Below are positions 13,774-35,895 of a stretch of DNA of 64,000 nt, piece by piece (positions within the stretch are counted from its first letter, which is position 1; each line of letters begins with the position of its first letter). Below the pieces are notes generated by a model that had not been told where the DNA came from, did not search any database, and saw only the letters and a program-made list of their open reading frames with translations. Source of the stretch: the human T2T-CHM13v2.0 reference genome, Homo sapiens; NCBI RefSeq assembly GCF_009914755.1, contig NC_060936.1; one strand, written 5' to 3'. The position numbers and the translations under genes were made by a program.

Positions 13774-13955
13774 GATGAAACTGAACACTGATCTCAGATG
13801 CTTCTGAACATCCTTGGCAGTTCACTTCATATCAGTACCTATAATATGGAGTTTATCACTATAGTTTATAGGCTTAGATCTTCTCAACCAATTCTTTACA
13901 ATCTCTACACTGTCCCAAGTGTCACTACATATTGACATCTCAATTAGATGGACCC

Positions 13956-14403
13956 TGTGAAAGGAAAATCTTGAGGCCCCCAAATTACTAAGCTGAAGAA
14001 TAAAGTGAAGCTGGGAACTTCTCAGGGCAAAACCTGCCTCCCATTCTATTAAGTCATCCCTCTGCTCACTGAGATAGATGCATATTCTGATTGCCTCCTT
14101 TGGAAAGGCTTATCAAAAACCCCAAAGAATGTAACCATTTGTCTCTCACCTACCTGTGACCTGGAAGCCCCCTCCCTGCTTCGAGTTGTCCCTGCCTTTC
14201 TGGATGGAACCATTGTACATCTTACATATATTGATTGATGTCTCATGTCTCCCTAAAATGTATAAAACCAAGCTGTGCCCTGACCACCTTGGGGACATGT
14301 TGTCAGGACTTCCTGAGGCTGTGTCACAGGCATGCATCCTTAACCTTGGCAAAATAAATGGTCTAAATTAACTGAGACCTGTCTCAAATTTTCAGCGTTC
14401 ACA
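13956..14403 (+). mobile_element. MER4A-type 5' LTR
   Basis: TGTGAAAGGAAAAT start, TATAAAA, AATAAA, ...TTCACA end. Confidence 0.85.
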
Positions 14404-18598
<4,195 letters not shown>

Positions 18599-18764
18599 CG
18601 CACTACACAGCTCACATTCTAGTTGCACAAACTAAACTCAATAAATGAAAATTTAATTTCAGATTGTGAATAGTGCTAAGAGGAAATGAATAAAGTGATG
18701 GGCAAGAGTAAAGGAAAGGGCAGGACAGGGCTTCTTAAGATGATCGGAAAATCTCTTTTGAGAA

Positions 18765-19660
18765 ACTATCTGGAAGTTGCTCAGAATGTTAAAAATAGAG
18801 TTATCATGTGACCCAGCAATTCCAGTCTTAGAAATGGAAATGGAAACATAAATCCACACAAAAACTTGTACAAGAATGTAGTAGCATTATTCACAGCTGC
18901 CAAAAAGTAGAAATACAAATGTTCATTAACTGATGGACAGAAAAATAATGTGCGATATATCCATACAATGAAATATTATTCAGCCATAAGAAGAAATGAA
19001 GTACTGATACATGCTGCAACAGGGATATACCTTTTTTTTGAGACATGGTTTTGCTGTATCACTCAGGCTGGAGTACAGTGGTACAATCATGGCTCACTGT
19101 AGCCTTGAACTCCTGGGCTCAAGCTCTCCTTCTGCCTCAGCCTCCCAAGTAGCTGGGATGACAGGCGCATGCCACCGTGCCTGGCTTTCTTTTTTTTTTG
19201 TAGAGACAGGGTCTCCCTATGTTGCCCAGGCTGGTCTTGACCTCCTGGGGTCAAGTGATCCTCCCGACTTGGCCTCCCAAAAGTCCTGGGATTACAGGCA
19301 TGAGTTCCTATGCCTGTGCCCAGCCTGGATGCACCTCAAAAGCATTATGCTAAGTGAAAGAAGCCAGTCACAAAAGACTCTATGTTGTATAATTCTATTT
19401 GTATGAAATGTTCAGAAGAAACAAATCTCTAGAGGCAGAAGGTAGGTTAGTGGCTGCCTAAGGTTGGAGATAGGATGGGAAATGATGAGTGACTGCTAAT
19501 TGGTACAAGTTTTCTTTTTAGGATAATGAAAATGTTCTCAAATTAGATGATGATGATGGCTGCCAAACTCTGTAAACATACTAAAAGCTATTGAGTTGTA
19601 TGCTTTAAATGAGTGAATTTAATGGAATGTAAATTATGTTTCAATAAGCTGTTTAAAATA
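18765..19660 (+). mobile_element. L1MB 3' region with AluJ (about 19032-19326, minus)
   Basis: gacccagcaattcc...ccatacaatgaaatattattcagccataag...aattatgtttcaataa. Confidence 0.8.
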
Positions 19661-19792
19661 CAAAGAAAAAAAGAAAAGTTTTCTCCAAGAAGGTGATATT
19701 TAAACTGGGACCTGAAAGATAAGAAGAAACCAGTCATGCAAAGAGTGGGGACAAGAGCTTTCAGGCACAGGGCACAATGTGTGCAATGGTCA

Positions 19793-20212
<420 letters not shown>

Positions 20213-20924
20213 TTAGACACAAACTATAATCAGACAGTATCATTCATATGGAAGTCAACATGAAATATGTTAACAGCAAAACCCATGGATGGGACAGCAA
20301 GTGAAAAGCTGTTAACCCCAAATTCTACAGCTGCAAAACACCTGACTGTGGAGAAAAGAGGTATCATCAAATTTTAAAAGGGAAAATATTTAAAACAACA
20401 CTTAGCCTATAACCAGGGAAGTTCATTAAATTACTCCCACCATTGTCATAAAGATCAATTTCTGTAGCCAGCTCATAAAGAATTCACATCTCTAGAAGGT
20501 TGTTAATGTGTTGGGTCCTATAGAACACCAAACAGGAACAGAAATCAATAAAGCAATATAAATACAGACTTCATAGTATCTGAACTTTGTGAGTAGCTGT
20601 AGGTGACAGTTCTGAGACCTGAGATAAAAGGAGGAGATCAATCCAGGTTGCACCAGCATGGGATGTAGAAAGGGATCAGAGGATGAAACAGAATTCCAAG
20701 TGAGAATATATGAATATCCAGGAAAGAGAAGATAACCAATCCTTACAAGTTTTCATCAACATCCTTGATAAACACACTAATACTGGCCTGGTCATCCATC
20801 TTATATGTATTTACACTTCTCAAATTCCCCTATGCATGTATCATCCAACCTCTAACAGTATTGGAGGTGGAAAAAGGCAGTGAAGTAGACAGAGAATAAT
20901 TTAGATTCAATTGTTTCCCTTCTG

Positions 20925-21225
20925 GTTGATTGCCAAAAATGACTGCAATATTTTAGTGCTTTCTGAAGAAAAGCAGGAGTCTATTTCTCCACTTCCCGAA
21001 TCTAGGTTTGGCCATGTGACTTGCTTTAACTGATGGGGCATTAGCAAACATGATGCTAGAGAAGTCTTGAAAAATGCTCATGCATTGGGCTTCTTCTTCT
21101 CTCTTGCTGCTTTTGGAACCCAGGCACCATGTGAAAAAGCCTGAGCTAGACTGCTAGACACTGGAGACACATGGCCCAGCTACCTTGTTTCTCTAGCCAA
21201 TAGCCAGATACATGAGTAAGTTTTC
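20925..21225 (+). mobile_element. MLT1 (MaLR) LTR fragment
   Basis: ggagtctatttctccac...ggccatgtgacttgcttt. Confidence 0.65.
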
Positions 21226-21251
21226 TATCTATCGTTACTATCAGACGGCTC

Positions 21252-21552
21252 TTTTTGTTTGTTTGTTTGAGACAGTCTTGCTCTGTTGCCCAGCCTAAAG
21301 TGCAACCTAAAGTGCCCAGCCTAACCTACATGAACACGGCTCAATGCAGCCTCAAATTCCTGGGCTCAAGTGATCCTCCCACCACAGCCTCCCAAGTAAC
21401 TGGGAACACAGGCGCATGCCATCATGCCTAGCTAGTTTTTAAAAAACTCACTATGTTGCTCAGGCTGGTCTCAAACACCCAGCCTCAAGTGATCCTCCTG
21501 CCTCAGCCTCCCAAAGTGCTAGGATTGCAGGTGTGAGCCACTGCACCTGGCC
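21252..21552 (-). mobile_element. AluJ
   Basis: Diverged antisense Alu. Confidence 0.88.
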
Positions 21553-21639
21553 AAGGAATCTCCTAGTATTGCTCATCTGGTGTGTACTCAGCTCCAGGCT
21601 TCTCTTTCTCTCAACATGTTCAGGGTTGGAAGGTAAAAA

Positions 21640-21800
21640 AGCACTGGAATTAGGATCTGAAAACTGACTTCAGTGCCCTTCTCTGAGCTTTGGAAAAGGT
21701 ATCCATCTTCTCCAAGCCTCAGTTTCCTCCTCTGGGAATTACACCTAGTCATAGCGTTCCTGGGAAAACTAGATAACTTGCAAAAGTGCTCACTAAAGTG
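21640..21800 (+). mobile_element. MIR
   Basis: aagcctcagtttcctcctctg core. Confidence 0.65.
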
Positions 21801-22880
21801 ATATATATCAGCAAATAACAAGGGTGAAACATGAATCAAACTCACCAGAAACAGTGTCAAAAGAACCTAACTTTAACAATCCCTGGAATATCAAGTGAAA
21901 TCCATTTTTTCTTCATGAAAGTCATGATTACTTTTCCATCTTGTCTGTAGTGTCACAGAATAAGATGTTCAATTAAAATGCCGTAAAATTACATCATGCT
22001 TGCTCATCTGTCTTTCGAAACTGTTGAATGACTAGAGTTGGGAGATGAAAAGACTTTTTGAAAGTAAATGCTTTCTCAACTTTTGAAATGCTTCCAGATT
22101 CTGTCATGTTCCTTTCATTTCAACATCTAAGCTGGGAAAGACTCTTTGACACCAAGGGCAGGTGTTTACATGCAGCTCATCCAGGTACTTTGCTACCCTA
22201 TTAATCTGTCTCTCTCTATATATTTGGATCTTCAGAATCAAGCGTTAGTCTTTTGTTTCTTTTAGCTTTTTGCTGGCCTGTACTCTTTGCTGGCAAGCTG
22301 CTGACACATTTTGACAGGTGACTTGGCTCATAAAAACAGCCAGGGAAGGGAAATGGTGAGAAGGGGCTTCACCAGGAGCATGGTCAGCACATATGAAATG
22401 CTGAATGTGGTAGAAACACACAAAAGGATATTTATGAACTGGTTTTAAAAAAAAAAGGTTCTTGCTCTCTGGATGACCTGATTCTCAACTCCCTTCATCT
22501 TGAAGACTTAAGTCAAAATACAGGGGTTGGGAAATATGTGATTGGAACTCAATCAATAAATTCAAATTCAGCAAATCTGGAGGGTGGATTTATCCTCATG
22601 GTGCTTTATTTCACTGAGAGGCTGCCTTGTGAATAAGTTATAATGTCAATCTCTTCCTAAAGATCCAAGGGCCAGAGCATGTTTTTCTAAATCCCCATTG
22701 CATGCTTTTTTTCATTTGCTGCATTTATACGCTTGAGGTGTCTTTGTTTTACATTTTTCATCTAAGGAGCTTTAAATATGAATCATCTACTAAACTGAAA
22801 GCGAGCGCATGGAAGAGGATTAGGCAGAGGTGTGGGGTAAGTAATAGCCTAAGGAAAAGTAAATACAGAGAAACAGTAAT

Positions 22881-23457
22881 TACAGTGAGTTGAACACTGG
22901 TCCTCCCCATGCATGTCCACCCTAAACCTCAGAATGTGATCTTATTTGAAACGTGCTGTAGTCCCAGCAGGTTGGGAGTCCGAGGTCAGAGGATTGCCTG
23001 AGCCCAGGAGTTTGAGATCAGCCTGGGCAACATGGCGAGACCCCATCTCTAAAAATAAAGTTAAAAAATAAAATAAAATAGGGCCCTTGCAGATGTAATT
23101 AGTTAAGGATCTTGAGATGAAATCATCCTGGATTTAGGGTGGGTCCTAAATCCAATGACTGGAGTGCTTATGACCAGAGCAGAGATCCCACAGAGGAAGT
23201 GGCAATGTGAATGAAGAGAGAAGCAAATGGAAGTGAAGCATCTGCAAACCAAGAAACGCCACGCATTGCTGGCGACAGCAGAAGCTAGGAGAGAGGCATG
23301 GAAGAGTCTCTCTCTCAGAGCCTCCAGAAGAAACCAATCCTGTCAACACCTTGGTTTCTCACTTCTAGCCTCCTGAACTGTAAGAGAATATATTTCTGTT
23401 GTTTTAAGCCACCCAATTTATGGCAATTTGTCATGTCGGCCCTGCAAAACAAATACA
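22881..23457 (+). mobile_element. MLT1C solo LTR with FLAM insertion (about 22952-23080)
   Basis: cctcagaatgtgatcttatttg...gttttaagccaccc...aaacaaataca; 5-bp TSD gtaat/gtaaa. Confidence 0.8.
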
Positions 23458-23794
23458 GTAAATTAACACCTGCTGCAGGTAGTCTTGAAGAGCCCGGCAG
23501 CCTCTGCCACCTGCACTTGGTTGTCTGTGGACACTCTGACATTCTTACCTGACTCCTTCAGCCCACCTCTGACCTTATCCTGACCCTCACTAACATTAAA
23601 TGCCATCTCTTATCCTCCTCTTTCTGAGCCTCTGCAGTATGACATGGGGAGGGATTGGAGTCAGGGAGGCTGTGGGATATTGTGTATGTCAGGAGGAACT
23701 TTGGATAAGGCATGAGTTAGTCAAGGCTGGGACTGGTTAAAGGATCAAGGTCAAGCATCGGATGAGCCTATGTGGGCACACATTGATTGGGAAA

Positions 23795-24095
23795 TTTTTT
23801 TCTTTTTTTTGAGACAGGGTCTTGCTCTGTCACCCAGCCTGGAGTGTAGTGGTGCAATCATGGCTCAGTGCAGCCTCGACATCCCAGGCTCAAGCCACCC
23901 TCCCATCTCTCTCCCTACCAAGTAGCTGGGACCACGGGTGTGCGCCACAATGTTGGGCTATTTTTTTAAAAATATTTTGTGAAATCGGGGGTCTCATTAT
24001 ATTGCCTAGGCTGGTCTTGAAATCCTGAGCTCAAGTGATCCTCCCACCTTAGCCTCCCAAAGTGCTGGGATTACAGGTGTGAGCTACTGTGGCGC
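23795..24095 (-). mobile_element. AluJ
   Basis: Antisense dimer. Confidence 0.9.
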
Positions 24096-24182
24096 AGACA
24101 GACTGGTACTATTTTTAAAAGCCAAAAATAATGGTCAAAAGGGCAGGCTTTGCAACACAAACATCTGATAGCCTTCATTTGA

Positions 24183-25310
<1,128 letters not shown>

Positions 25311-25699
25311 CTGGGCCACTGATATGCTCCTGCTGTGGGGGAGCTACCCACTGCTTCCCAGCCTTTGCCTCCAGAAACAGCCTCATGAGCAATCCCCAAG
25401 GATGCAGAAAATGCCCTGGTATGATAGAGAACAGGAGAGGTCTCCCTGGTCAGTCGCCGCTCTTGGGCAGTGTACACCCAGCCATCTCTGGTTTCACAAA
25501 GAAACACTTATGCTATGGCACATTTCCTAAAGCACGATAAAGCTGTAGTACCTTGAAACACCAACTTTCATGCTCCTATGGCAGTATCCCTTCATCTCGT
25601 TCCTGCCTGTGCACTGTCAAGGGCACATTCTCAGCCTTGGTGTTTCCCATTACGCTTGGGGATTCTCAAACCTCCCCATTCCACACACCCTCTGCCTTC

Positions 25700-25848
25700 T
25701 CCCTCTCTCTCTCTTGCTCTCTCTCTCTCTTTTGAAGTGAGGATCTCATTACATTGGCCAGTCTGATTTTGAATTCCTGGCCTCAAGCAATCCTCCTGCC
25801 TTGGTCTTCCAAAGTGTTGAGATTACAGGTGTGAGCTACTGCACCCAA
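25700..25848 (-). mobile_element. FLAM/Alu left monomer with (CT)n
   Basis: Antisense monomer. Confidence 0.75.
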
Positions 25849-25909
25849 CCACCCTCTGCCTTCTCTTTCTGCCATTCAGAATCACTGCTTCATGGAGTTT
25901 TCAGGTCTT

Positions 25910-26123
25910 TACCTACCTACCTATCTCCATATCTATCTGTCTACCTATGAATGTATGTATGTATCTATCATTTATCTACCTACCTACCTATGTATCTGTG
26001 TATCTATACATCTGTCTATCTATCATCTACTTACCTATCTCCATATCTATCTATGAATGTATGTATGTATCTATCATTTATCTACCTACTACCTATGTAT
26101 CTGTGTATCTATACATCTGTCTG

Positions 26124-26169
<46 letters not shown>

Positions 26170-26236
26170 ATCTACTTACCTACCTATCTCCCCATCGTCT
26201 ATCTATTGTCTATCATCTACCTATTATCTCTCTATC
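25910..26236. repeat. (TCTA)n/(TATG)n compound microsatellite with about 114-bp duplicated block
   Basis: Seen directly. Confidence 0.9.
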
Positions 26237-26239
26237 TTT

Positions 26240-26400
26240 TTAAAACTACTTTATTGAGATATGAACAACATACAAAAAGCTCTAGTATATAATGTTGACA
26301 ATTTGATTAATTTGGAGGTAAGTACATACCCATGAAACCATCACCACAATCTATGCTATAAACGTATCTATCATCTCCAAAAGTTATCTATCTCTTATCT
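26240..26400 (-). mobile_element. L1M 3' end fragment
   Basis: ctttattgagatat...catacccatgaaaccatcaccacaatc. Confidence 0.65.
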
Positions 26401-26739
26401 TATAACACACTAAAAACTTCCATGGTAATTTGTCTTGTTTAGATCTTACAATCATACTACGGGATAGGTACAATGTATATATATATATACACACACACAC
26501 ATATATATACATATATATAAAAAATATGGATTTTAAAAATAATATTTAGGTTTTCTGATTATAAATGCAATGATACCTATGCACTCCTTATTAACTGACT
26601 ATAAACACAGTGTGTAGATTGTTACATGTTCTTTATTGTAACATATACATAAAATAATTAATTAAATTTATTTTGGAGATATATATGTTTATATACACAT
26701 ATATGTATATTCCAAGTATTAACACTTGGGCATGCTATG

Positions 26740-27980
26740 TAATGTAGTGGGAGAAATTTGCCATGTTTTCTCTTCCCAGTCTTTCCTTTTTACCCATGAC
26801 CTTCTCCTACTCAACTAAGATATTGGACATCACCTAAGGCTTCTGGAAAGGGTTATGAGAACAGAAGTCTCAAATTCTTGGCTTTTGAGTTTAAGAAGTT
26901 GAGATCTAGACACATGGCAAAGGGGATGTGGAAGAATATGTAATATCAGGAGCAGGTTTTTCCACCCCAGAGGAGTAGGGGATGGGAAGCAGTGTGGGAG
27001 GATGAGATCCAGGTGTGAGAGGCTCCCTGAGAAACAGCCGTGTGCTGTCCTCCTTAGGCCAAGTTGTAGGATGGGGGAACTCAATAGAGGCCCCAGGTCG
27101 GAAAGCCTGGAAGCTGACCTCAGGCCCAACATAACTCAAGAGAAGGAGAACAGATGGTTGTGTGCAAGACAGTCTCCATTTCCCCACGTTCCGCCCAGGA
27201 CAGGAACAAACAAGTGTTTCTCTTGTGCCAAGGATGTGGAAGCAGCTGAGAGAGAGCTTGCCCTGAGAGGCCGGGGAAACTGGGGTCCAGGGGACACAGC
27301 CGTCAGCTTCAGGGACCAATCACTGCAGACCATTTGGAATGAAAGTGCCTGAGTATCAGATGTCAATCCCCCAACCGCCAATGCCTTGTCATTTCTTCAG
27401 CTCCCTGGAGCTGAGATGAACTCATAGAGAAAGGATTCCAGGGCTGCAAGTTTCTGCTACCTACTGGTAGGGGCTTACCTAGAAATTAAGTTGAGTGGCA
27501 GAATTTTTTTTTTCCAAGTTGCTTTTGGCCGGCCGTGATGGCTCACACCTGTAATACCATCACTTTGGGAGGTGAAAGGATCATTTGAGCTCAAGAGTTC
27601 AAGATCAGCCTGAGTAACATAGCAGAAATCCTGAAACCCCATCTCTACAAAAAATACAAAAATTAGCCAGGTGTAGTGGCCTGCCCTCCAGTCTGGGCAA
27701 CAGAGCGAGACCCTGTCTCAATTAAAAAAAAAAAAAAGTTGTTTTTCCTGCTCACCTGGATGTGTGGATGGAGATTTGTATCCATGACAACAGTACCTTG
27801 TAGCTTACTCACCCATTCCTTAGCTGGTAGATACTTAGGTTGTCCTCCCCACTCACGGGAAGCTACCAATACCAAGACCGTGGCAAGGTAGTGCTTTCCC
27901 TTCCCTTGGTATGAATAAACTCACTTTTTTCTTGTCAACAGGTTGATATTTGGGTGATATTTTCCAGGAGCCGGCATTCT
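26740..27980 (+). mobile_element. Old ERVL-like LTR sequence, subfamily uncertain; internally deleted Alu at about 27528-27737
   Basis: TGT start, purine-rich body, AATAAA at about 27914; weak recognition. Confidence 0.4.
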
Positions 27981-28029
27981 AGAGGTCATGGTTTTGCTTG
28001 GATATGTAAAGCGTGCTCTTACCGGAAGG

Positions 28030-28733
<704 letters not shown>

Positions 28734-29499
28734 CCTTTTTTTCTTTTTAAATATTGCCTGTAGGCTCCTGACAAGACAGCTCTTGAGAAACAGGAACTGC
28801 ATCTTACACTACTCTTTATTCTGAGTGTCTGGAATGTAATAGATGCTCAATAAATATTTACTACAGGAAAGGAAGAAGGAAAAAATATGTAAGCAAATGA
28901 ATAAAACTTATAGTAATGTTATGGCTGAGGGCAGGGTGAGATGATAAAGTAACTGCACCTCTCTTCCTTGATTTCTCACTGCCACCCCCCACCTCAGGAT
29001 GGCTCATCCAAATTGTTCACCAAGTAAAAGTTAGCTGATTTGGGTGTACAGCTATAATAAGTTGAATATATCTTCCATAAGAAAATGGAAAGGCTTGGAG
29101 AGGAGGGGTGGCATAAGAGGGGGGAAAAGGGGGCTCTTAGAAAAGAGAAAAAAGAGGATCCAGGAGAGGAAAACATGAAATATTGGGCAACATTTTAGGA
29201 CAAAATGAACACTTCAATACATTTTACACTCCAAGGAAATTACTTGTATTACTCTACTGTAAATTCCCCATGACCCAAACATCAAGATGCTCGGCTACCC
29301 TCACAGGCCTTGGGTGAACAGTTTTTATATGTGAAAATTAAGAGAAGGAGCAAATTCCCCAATTGCCTCAAATCAAAAAGGAGCCAAAATAAACCTACAG
29401 ATACAAGGCACAGACGAGAGAAACAGATTCCAAGGAGGCGGAATGTCAAAGCCAGAGGAGACCATGAGATCATAATCCCTAAGAACTTTGCAGAAATCT

Positions 29500-29903
29500 T
29501 GTATGTATGTATGTATGTATGTATGTATGTATGTATGTATCTATCTATCTATCTATCTATCTATTATCTATCATCTATCTATCTATCTCTATCATTTATA
29601 TCTATCTATCTATTTTTACTTGAGACAGGGCCTCGCTCTGTCACCCAGAGTGGAGCACAACGGTGCAGTTCACGGCTCACTGCAACCCCTAACTCCTGGG
29701 CTCAAAGAATCCTCCCACCTCAGTCTCTTTAGTAGCTAGGACTGCAGGTATGCACCACCACACCCAGCTAAAATTTTTAATTTTTTTGTAGAGATGGGCA
29801 TCTGACTATTTTGCCCAGGCTGGTCTCGAGCTCTTGGGCTCAAGCAGACTTCCTGCCTCGGCCTCTGAAAGTGCTGGGATTACAGGCATGAGCACCATGC
29901 CCA
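29500..29903 (-). mobile_element. AluJ with (TATG)n(TCTA)n tail
   Basis: Microsatellite 29500-29632 then antisense Alu. Confidence 0.9.
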
Positions 29904-30375
29904 GTTCAAAAATCTCAAGGAGGATACGAGACAATCCTTGGGGCAGGGAATGGGGGTCCTGCCAGTGTTATCTAGTTCTTAAGGGTGAGGGAGGCCCAGC
30001 TGATACCTGGCTCTCTGAAATGACAGCCTCCGTATTCAGCTCCCAGTCTGTGCTTTCCTAGGGTCTTGCCTTTGTGCAGGTCCCTCTGCTCTAGAGAGCC
30101 ACAGATCTCCACACAGGTGGTGCAACTGGATTGAGACCCATGGTCTTCCAACCTAAGCTAATGCAAATCTGTACAAGGAACAGCCTTGGGCACGTGTGTA
30201 CGTTTCCTTTTCCTTACCTGCTTTCCCAATTAGAGTGAGAATTAGAAAGATTGCTTCCCTTTTGTCAGGAGTTAGCTTTTCTTCTGCCCTACCCCCGACC
30301 CCTTGCCACCCCCCCAACCCATACCCACCCCCTTACCTTACCCCAAAGTTCTAGTTTGTCTGGAATCTCATGTAC

Positions 30376-30525
30376 CTCTTAGGAAAAGAAATGCTGCCAC
30401 ATCCAAAAGGTGTAAAGGTTCCAAGGATAACTGGATTTGGCAAGTCACTGAATACGCTGGTGTACACACCACCTGAAGGGAGGTCAGAATAGCTCTGACA
30501 GACAGCTAGGTGCCCAGAAGGATAG
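30376..30525 (-). pseudogene. Exon C (150 bp) of the FAM194-like gene
   Basis: Preceded by U12 branch site TTCCTTAAC; reads (Y)YPSGHLAVCQSYSDLPSGGVYTSVFSDLPNPVILGTFTPFGCGSISFPK; donor AG|gtacat. Confidence 0.88.
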
Positions 30526-30568
30526 ATACAATCCAGGTTAAGGAATTGATATTCATTAACAAAAATAA

Positions 30569-30920
<352 letters not shown>

Positions 30921-30938
30921 TATTTTATTTTTTAATCA

Positions 30939-31552
<614 letters not shown>

Positions 31553-32160
31553 TTACAGATAAGGCAATGGGAGGGCCAGAGAGGGTGCCTCTCACTCCCA
31601 TAGTCTCTGAGCGTGATAACGGTAGCGCCAGACCAGCACACAGGCTTCATGATTTTCAGCAGCATGTTCTTCCCATCCATGCGTATTTCTGCACCCTCAT
31701 TTTAATCCTAAATTCTTTGAAGCCAATCTGTGAATAATAACAAGGGAGTCTGGTTAGACTGGTCCTGTTAATGGCTAGAGTGCTGGAAACCAAAGCTGTG
31801 CATTGTGACCTAGTATTTCTCAATGAGCTCGTTCCAGCATAGAGCAGGAGGATCAGTTGTCCTGACAACATCTGTGGATAGGTAGGGGTAAAGAGGGGCT
31901 GAGGATGATTACAGATATGCGAACAATTTCACAAAACCTACCTGTACCGACCTCTCCAAAACTGTCTGCAATGGACTCTTGAGGCCTTTTTCATTTTGGA
32001 TTTGTAGGAGCTGATTATAAAAGTTCTCTTCTTTCTTAGCTAGATTCTCTAGATGCTAAATCCCCATGGCATTCTCTCTAAGCAGGAAAATAAACCAAGG
32101 ACAACTTGTTTCTCAGAACCACCTGAGCCCTCAGGCACTTCACACAAATATCAGCTACAT

Positions 32161-32697
<537 letters not shown>

Positions 32698-32935
32698 AAG
32701 GTTGTAAAGTGAGGAACTTGCCCCAACTTCTTTTTTGGGTTGATTTCTCTTGCCCCCAGATTGTGGGGATGTGGACCATTGGTAAAAAGGGATTAACAAA
32801 CTCAAGATCTGAGACCTCTTTTCCCAATCCTTCCTGGGTTTTTTCTGCTGAAATGGAAACCCCCAGCTGTCAGCCCCTTCCATCACGACCTGCCCCCTTC
32901 ATCCTCCTTCCCGCCTGGGATTTTCACAAGGATAT

Positions 32936-33160
32936 TAGGTCAGAGAGGAGCCATCCACCAGAGCGTAATGGAATTTTTTCATGTTGGGGTCAGCCTTTCT
33001 GACAATTGGCATCTGAGGCTTCTTCTCCAGCAGCTCCAGCCAGAAACTCTGTGAGCACTGCTGATCCCTGCTCTCCTCCACGCCTTCCAGGTCCTCATAG
33101 CGGCGCCGGATAAGTTGTTTGTTGACGCCCTCTTTTTTTTGCTTTGCTTCTTCTATTTTG
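32936..33160 (-). pseudogene. Exon B (225 bp) of the FAM194-like gene
   Basis: Acceptor ttctcttcttttgaacag|C AAA; 74 open codons KIEEAKQKKEG...KKFHYALVDGSSLT; ends TA|ATATCCTTG (U12-type donor). Overlaps ORF 32935..33183. Confidence 0.88.
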
Positions 33161-33492
33161 CTGTTCAAAAGAAGAGAATTCAAGACACGGCTTGCTTCTT
33201 GGTCTTATCAAGGTCTGCAGGAGGGCCAGGGGCTCTGTTTGAGGCCCCTGGAGCCTCACCTTTACATGGATGTAATAAGCTTCCTTTAAGTCGGAAGAGC
33301 TGGATTTCAAGATTCATCCTGAGTCCCTAGCTAGTGTGTATTGAGTGCTTCCAATTTAAACAGTTATTGAGCACCTCCTGTGTGTGCAGCACTGTACCAG
33401 AGGCTGTAGGAAATATAAGGAATAGTGCATCGTCCCTGTGCTCACAGGAGCAGCATGGAGCAGTACAGGCTCTAGATAAGAACGAAGTGTGA

Positions 33493-33810
33493 GGCCGGGC
33501 GTGGTGTCTCATGCCTGTAATCCCAGCATTTCGGAAGGCTGAGGTGGGTGGATCACTTGAAGCCAGAAGTTTGAGACCAGCCTCGCCAACGTGGTGAAAT
33601 CCTGTCTTTACTAAAAATACAAAAAAAAAAAAAAAATTATCTGGGCATGGTGGCATGCGCCTGTAATCCCAGCTACTCAGGAGGCTGAGGCACAAGAATT
33701 GCTTCAAACTTGGGAGGCAGAGGCTGCAGTGAGCCGAGATCACACCACTGCATTCCAGCCTGGGCAACAGAGCAAGACTCTGTCTAAAAAAAATAAAAAT
33801 AAAAAATAAA
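33493..33810 (+). mobile_element. AluS flanked by L2 and MIR fragments
   Basis: Sense dimer. Confidence 0.92.
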
Positions 33811-34478
33811 CTAAATGTGAATCCTGACTCTGCCACTTGGCACCACGGGAATGAGGACAGACTACTAAACTCCTCTGAGTCTTGGTTTCTTCGTCTGTAA
33901 AATGGGGACGCTAATACCTATTGGAAATGTAAGAATTCTCTGATTAATGAGTACAAACCTCTGCGCATAGACCCCCGCCTTTAGTATGCATCCTACAAAT
34001 CCTAGTTGTTATGGTTACAATTTGGTGAGGAACATACACATTTGTTAATAATAACGTGGTAAAGGAAAAAATACCTGTCATTCCTAGGTTTTACACTGAG
34101 ACCCTGATATGAAGGTAGCATCTTAGAATATTCATGTATCATTCACAAATATTCATTAGGTTTCTTCCACAGGCAAGACTCATAACAAAAGAAGTGCCTG
34201 AATTATACGGCTACGTGGCTACGTGGTAAAGCCAGGATTCAATGTCATGCACACCCCAATTCCAAATTCATTACTAGACCTCCCCGGGCTCTGTATCTGA
34301 GGATAAAGCTGATGAAGCAGACCTTCCTAGTTCTTGCCCAGCCCAGCTTTTCAATCCCAACACACATGCACACACGTGCACGTGTGTGTATGCACATACT
34401 TATAAACACAACCACAGACACTCCTGTACCCAAGCATGCCAAACAGTAGCTGTTAGCAACATTCCATTAGAAGCCTCA

Positions 34479-35181
<703 letters not shown>

Positions 35182-35576
35182 CTAGTTAGGAGAAGTTAGG
35201 AGACTTGGGAGCCTTCTTCTCAAAGAAGTCAGCAGTTTGTGCATTTCCAATGTGGACATAGAGTAAAGCTCAAAACAAACAACTAGATCTCAGCAACAGC
35301 GTGAAGACAAATCTCTGAAGCCACCCTTGGAGAGTTCCTTCAGATTCAGAGCAGAGTCCACTGGGAATCCCCAGTAGTTTTCATTTTTAAGGCATGCTTA
35401 AAATTTCCTAAAATTGAGCTTACATATGTCAAGGAGGATTTGGAGTGTTGAGGAGAATTGGTCTCTGTGTTTTGTGTGTGTGTGTATACATGTGGCACAT
35501 TTACTGGATGGGTGTGGGGCTTGGGGAGTGGGAAGAGCTATGCTGAAAGGAAACTTTTTAAAGGATTAAGAATAAG

Positions 35577-35895
<319 letters not shown>

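Noticed and set aside
25947-26292. YLSI-rich ORFs
   Set aside because: Translation of the (TCTA)n microsatellite.
28990-29060. Possible exon (…NNLDEPS) on minus strand
   Set aside because: No motif match and it contains a stop; exon D already fills the gap.
32935-33183. 82-aa ORF as a stand-alone gene or processed pseudogene
   Set aside because: Its start lies in intronic acceptor sequence and its stop is formed by the U12 donor; it is an internal exon.
33258-33310. Minus-strand donor AAG|GTGAGG just upstream of exon B
   Set aside because: The phase needed to join exon B has a TAA immediately before the donor; exon A fits better.
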